Below, in pieces: positions 60,245 to 64,000 of a stretch of DNA of 64,000 bases. The DNA is from Rhizodiscina lignyota (lineage: Eukaryota): positions 1,054,001-1,118,000 of the forward strand of contig ML978126.1 of NCBI GenBank assembly GCA_010015805.1. Reading direction: 5' to 3'. A program made the translations under genes and the position numbers. Numbering within the stretch: position 1 is the stretch's first letter; each line of letters opens with the position of its first letter. Below the pieces are notes generated by a model, which did no database searches, was not told where the DNA came from, and was given only the letters and a program-made list of their open reading frames with translations.

Positions 60245-61508
60245 ATGCCTCAAATAATAGACGACAAGTCGGAACACTGCATCCCCTTCATCCTAGAATG
60301 TCTTGAGGAACATCGGAGAAAGTATGACGGGGGTGAAGAGGTACCTCCATTCTTCCTTGGATTGAATGGAGTTCAAGGGGCTGGAAAGACAACGTTGGTA
60401 TGTGGTTTGATGAATAGATGACCTCCTGTTGTCGATGCTTAACCCTAACCCTAACGATCTGAATATACATGCGTTGCGATCTGAATACTGTCTACTTCTT
60501 TTTGGTTTTGCAGTGGATTCTATCAAAATTTTGGAAAATATTTCGATTCATTTCTTCTTGAAATGGACTAATCAATTAGTCTTAAGGTATCAACATTGCA
60601 CAACACGCTTACGACCAGCTATCCACTAATCACTACGGCAATCGTATCAATCGATGACTTCTATCTGACCCATGAAGATCAAGTTGCTCTCGCCAAGAGT
60701 AATCCCACGAACCCCATACTGCAACACAGAGGCCAGCCGAGCACTCACGATATCCCGCTTTTGGTGTCAACATTCGCATCTCTTCGGGACGGCAAACCGT
60801 CGAAGATCCCAGTGTACGACAAATCCGCTTTCTCTGGCCAAGGTGACCGCGCACCAGAGAGTACTTGGACAAGTGTTAATGAAGGCCAAGAGAAGGTGCA
60901 GGTAGTGGTTCTGGAGGGTTGGTGTGTCGGTTTCCGTCCGGTCTCTGATGAAGCTCTGGAGGAAAAGTGGAAACGAGCAGTTGCAGAAGAAAAGAAAGGT
61001 AGCTACGATGGACAACTCGGAAAACTAAAATTCGAAGATATCAAGACTGTAAATGATGCGCTGAAGAAATATGACGAGGTTACAGAGTAGGCATTTCATC
61101 AGTCACTTCAGACGATACATGTGCTAATCAGCTTGTATAGCATGTTTGATGCTTTCATCCACATGTAAAGCAATCTAAATATGCTTGTCAGATATATTGC
61201 TAACAAATTGACAGTGATGCTGAAGATACACACTACGTTTACGATTGGCGATTGCAGCAAGAGGCCGCATTGCGCCAGTCGAAAGGATCGGGAATGACTG
61301 ATGAACAAGTCATTCATTTTGTGAATGGATGTAAGATTCTCGTATGTACACAATAAATCTCTTGCTGATCAAATATCGCGCAGATTACCCAGCATACGAG
61401 ATATACACAGATGTCCTTCGCTCAGGAGTGGTAAAAGATGCAAAAGGTAGGCAATTGAGACTGGTAGTTGGAAAGGATCGGAGAGTGAAAGAAGTTCATA
61501 AAATATAA
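60245..61508 (+). CDS. TDA10: P-loop kinase, Tda10/plant-type D-glycerate 3-kinase (GLYK)-like
   Basis: Walker A GLNGVQGAGKTTL, SIDDFYLTH, LQHRGQPSTHD, IPVYDKSAFSGQGDR, VLEGWCVGF, and YVYDWRLQQE..GMTDEQV. Multi-exon. Confidence 0.85.
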
Positions 61509-61848
61509 AGTGCAAATGCTGTTTTATATGATCTAGCGACGACGTTTGTAAACCAAATGTGTGTGGTGTTGCTCGTGCATGTGAACGTGCAGCGCCGCAT
61601 GCGTCACGAGCGCGTTTTGTGGGGAAAAGCGTCGGCTTGTGATCGTGCCTAAAGCGGTTTAGCGCCACCGCGAGCAACCGAGTCTGGAGTTTGCCTCGGC
61701 CCTGACGTTGTTCGGTGCGTCGGTGGATACATGTAGTGAGCGACATCACGGCCGTAGTGCTCAGCCGATGTCTTGAAGACCTGAGCTGCTCCTCAGTCTC
61801 TCACCTCATCTACCTTCCCTTTTACCTTCGCTCTATCACGCAGAAAAC

Positions 61849-64000
61849 ATGGCAAAAGACGAGCTCCGCTTTGACGGTCAGACCGTTGTTGTGACGGGCG
61901 CTGGCGGTGGGCTTGGAAGAGCTTATGCGGTGTTCTTTGGCTCACGGGGTGCCAATGTTGTTGTGAACGATCTGGGAGGCTCGTTCAAGGGGGAGGGAAA
62001 GTCGAATAAGGTTAGTGGAGCTCTACATTCGTTGTCGGCCCGCTAGAACAATCGCTGACAGTGGCTTTGTGCAGGCTGCAGATGTTGTTGTCGACGAGAT
62101 TAAATCCAAGGGCGGCAAAGCTGTACCGAACTACGACAGCGTCGAGAATGGCGAATCCATCATTAATACCGCGATTCAAAATTTCGGGAGGATCGACATC
62201 CTGATCAACAATGCGGGCATCCTTCGAGATATAAGCTTTAAAAACATGAAGGACCAGGATTGGGACCTTGTGCTGGCAGTTCACGTCAGAGGAGCATACA
62301 AAGTATGATTAGAATGGATTGAGGGAAACATTGGCATGCGCTGATACTACATTATCCAGTGTGCACGTGCAGCTTGGCCACATTTCCGCAAGCAAAAGTA
62401 CGGACGGGTAATCAATACGGCATCTGCATCTGGTCTGTTCGGCAGCTTCGGCCAGGCCAACTATTCAGGTACGTCGTAGATCCGACCCTTACTATGCTTT
62501 GGTCTGATACATTGCAGCCGCGAAGCTCGCGCTGGTCGGTTTCACCGAGACCTTGGCCAAAGAAGGCGTCAAATACAACATCCTCTGCAATGTAATTGCG
62601 CCTGTTGCTGCGTCTCGGATGACGCAGACCGTCATGCCTCCCGAAGTCCTCAACAACCTCAAGCCAGAGTGGGTCGTTCCGCTCGTCGCAGTCCTCACAC
62701 ACGAGTCGAATACGGAAACTGGTTCAATCTTTGAAGTTGGTGGCGGGCACATCGCAAAGTTCAGATGGGAGCGAGCAAAGGGGCTTCTACTGAGAGCAGA
62801 CAAGTCCTATACTCCCGGAGCAATTTTGGCCAAGTGGGATAAAGTGAGCGACTTCAGTGAGCCAGAGTATCCATCTGGGCCTGCAAACTTTATGGAGCTC
62901 TTAGAGAATGCCATGGAGCTCCCGCCGAATCCACCTGGAGAGAAGATTGACTTCAAGGGCAAAGTTGTCCTAATTACTGGAGCTGGTGGAGGGTGAGTGC
63001 ATCAATGCTGTAATTCTGGCTAACTTTGCTAATGGTCACTAGGTTGGGACGAGCATATGCCCTTCTGTTCGCGAAGCACGGTGCCAAGATTGTCGTTAAT
63101 GATCTGGTTAACCCAGACGATGTAGTCCAGGAAATCCGCAAGATGGGAGGTGAGGCTGCTCCCTCAAAGGCATCTGCGGAAGATGGCGACCTCGTCGTCA
63201 AACACACGATCGATGCTTTCGGTCGCGTTGATGTCGTTATCAACAACGCGGGTATCCTACGTGACAAGGCGTTTACAAATATGGACGATAAACTGTGGGA
63301 GAGTGTGATGAACGTTCATCTACGCGGCACATATAAAATCACCAAAGCGGCCTGGCCGTATATGCTGAAACAGAAATACGGACGTATTATCAACACCACT
63401 AGCACTTCTGGAATCTACGGCAACTTTGGCCAAGCAAACTATGCCGCAGCGAAATGCGGTATCCTGGGCTTCTCACGTGCGCTTGCGAGGGAGGGTGCCA
63501 AGTACAATATCTACGTCAACACAATCGCGCCAAATGCGGGTACCAACATGACCCGTACGATCATGCCGGAGGAGATGGTTCAAGCCTTCAAGCCAGATTA
63601 CGTTGCACCGATGGTTGTGCTCCTCTGCTCCGATAAAGTCCCAGAGGAACCGACTGGTGGCCTGTATGAAGTTGGATCTGGCTGGCAGGGTCGAACAAGG
63701 TGGCAGAGGAGCAACGGAGTCCGCTTCCCAATCGACGTTCCATTGACCCCCGAGGCTGTGGCCAAGGTCTGGGACAAAATCCTCGACTTTGACGATGGTG
63801 AAGCAGACAACCCTGAATCAGCACAAGATGCGCTCGGAAAGGTCATGGCCAACTTCTCAAACAAAGCTAATTCCAGCGACGATGAGGAGGACGGCGATTC
63901 CGACAAAGAAGACTACCTTGCGAACATCGAGGCGGCGAAGAAGGCCAAGGCAGAGGGAACCGAGTTCTCCTACAACGAGAAGGATGTCATCCTATACAAC
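61849..64000 (+). CDS. FOX2: Peroxisomal multifunctional beta-oxidation enzyme (hydratase-dehydrogenase), 5' part
   Basis: [39 protein letters not shown] and FGQANYS, then a second SDR domain [25 protein letters not shown]. Truncated by the window end. Confidence 0.96.

Noticed and set aside
1..64000. CRISPR arrays, rRNA/tRNA genes, intact transposons
   Set aside because: I saw no repeat-spacer arrays, RNA-gene signatures, or transposase/reverse-transcriptase ORFs. The sequence is eukaryotic, and a tRNA could be missed by eye.

Overview
Genomic DNA from a filamentous ascomycete (short GT-AG introns with CTRAC branch points, Pezizomycotina-type genes). The left ~25 kb is a secondary-metabolite gene cluster whose left end lies outside the window. 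It holds a minus-strand highly reducing PKS of the LovB/PKS-NRPS-hybrid type (KS-AT-DH-cMT-ER0-KR-ACP, still open at base 1), a LovC-type trans-enoyl reductase, a PsoB/FUS2-type alpha/beta hydrolase, a small PydX/XenD-like membrane protein and an SDR. It also holds an unusual stand-alone NRPS (A-T-C(T)-degenerate T), an MFS exporter, a Zn2Cys6 regulator and a secreted carboxylesterase. A RIP-like degenerate patch and a block of accessory genes follow (DUF7730-like protein, secreted aspzincin-like protease, secreted Cys-rich protein, YWTD propeller, HET protein). The rest is mostly core genes: class II chitin synthase, Glo3 ArfGAP, GFA protein, FMN hydroxy-acid oxidase, a second HET protein, a GPI cell-wall protein, cystathionine beta-lyase, an isochorismatase-like protein, a His-rich membrane protein, an LrgB/PLGG1-like transporter head-to-head with a Tda10/GLYK-like kinase, and the 5' part of fox2. 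The best candidates for novelty are the PKS plus free-standing A-T-C(T) NRPS cluster and the possible glycerate transport/kinase gene pair. Family assignments come from motif recognition and memory, not database searches, and exon boundaries were read by eye.
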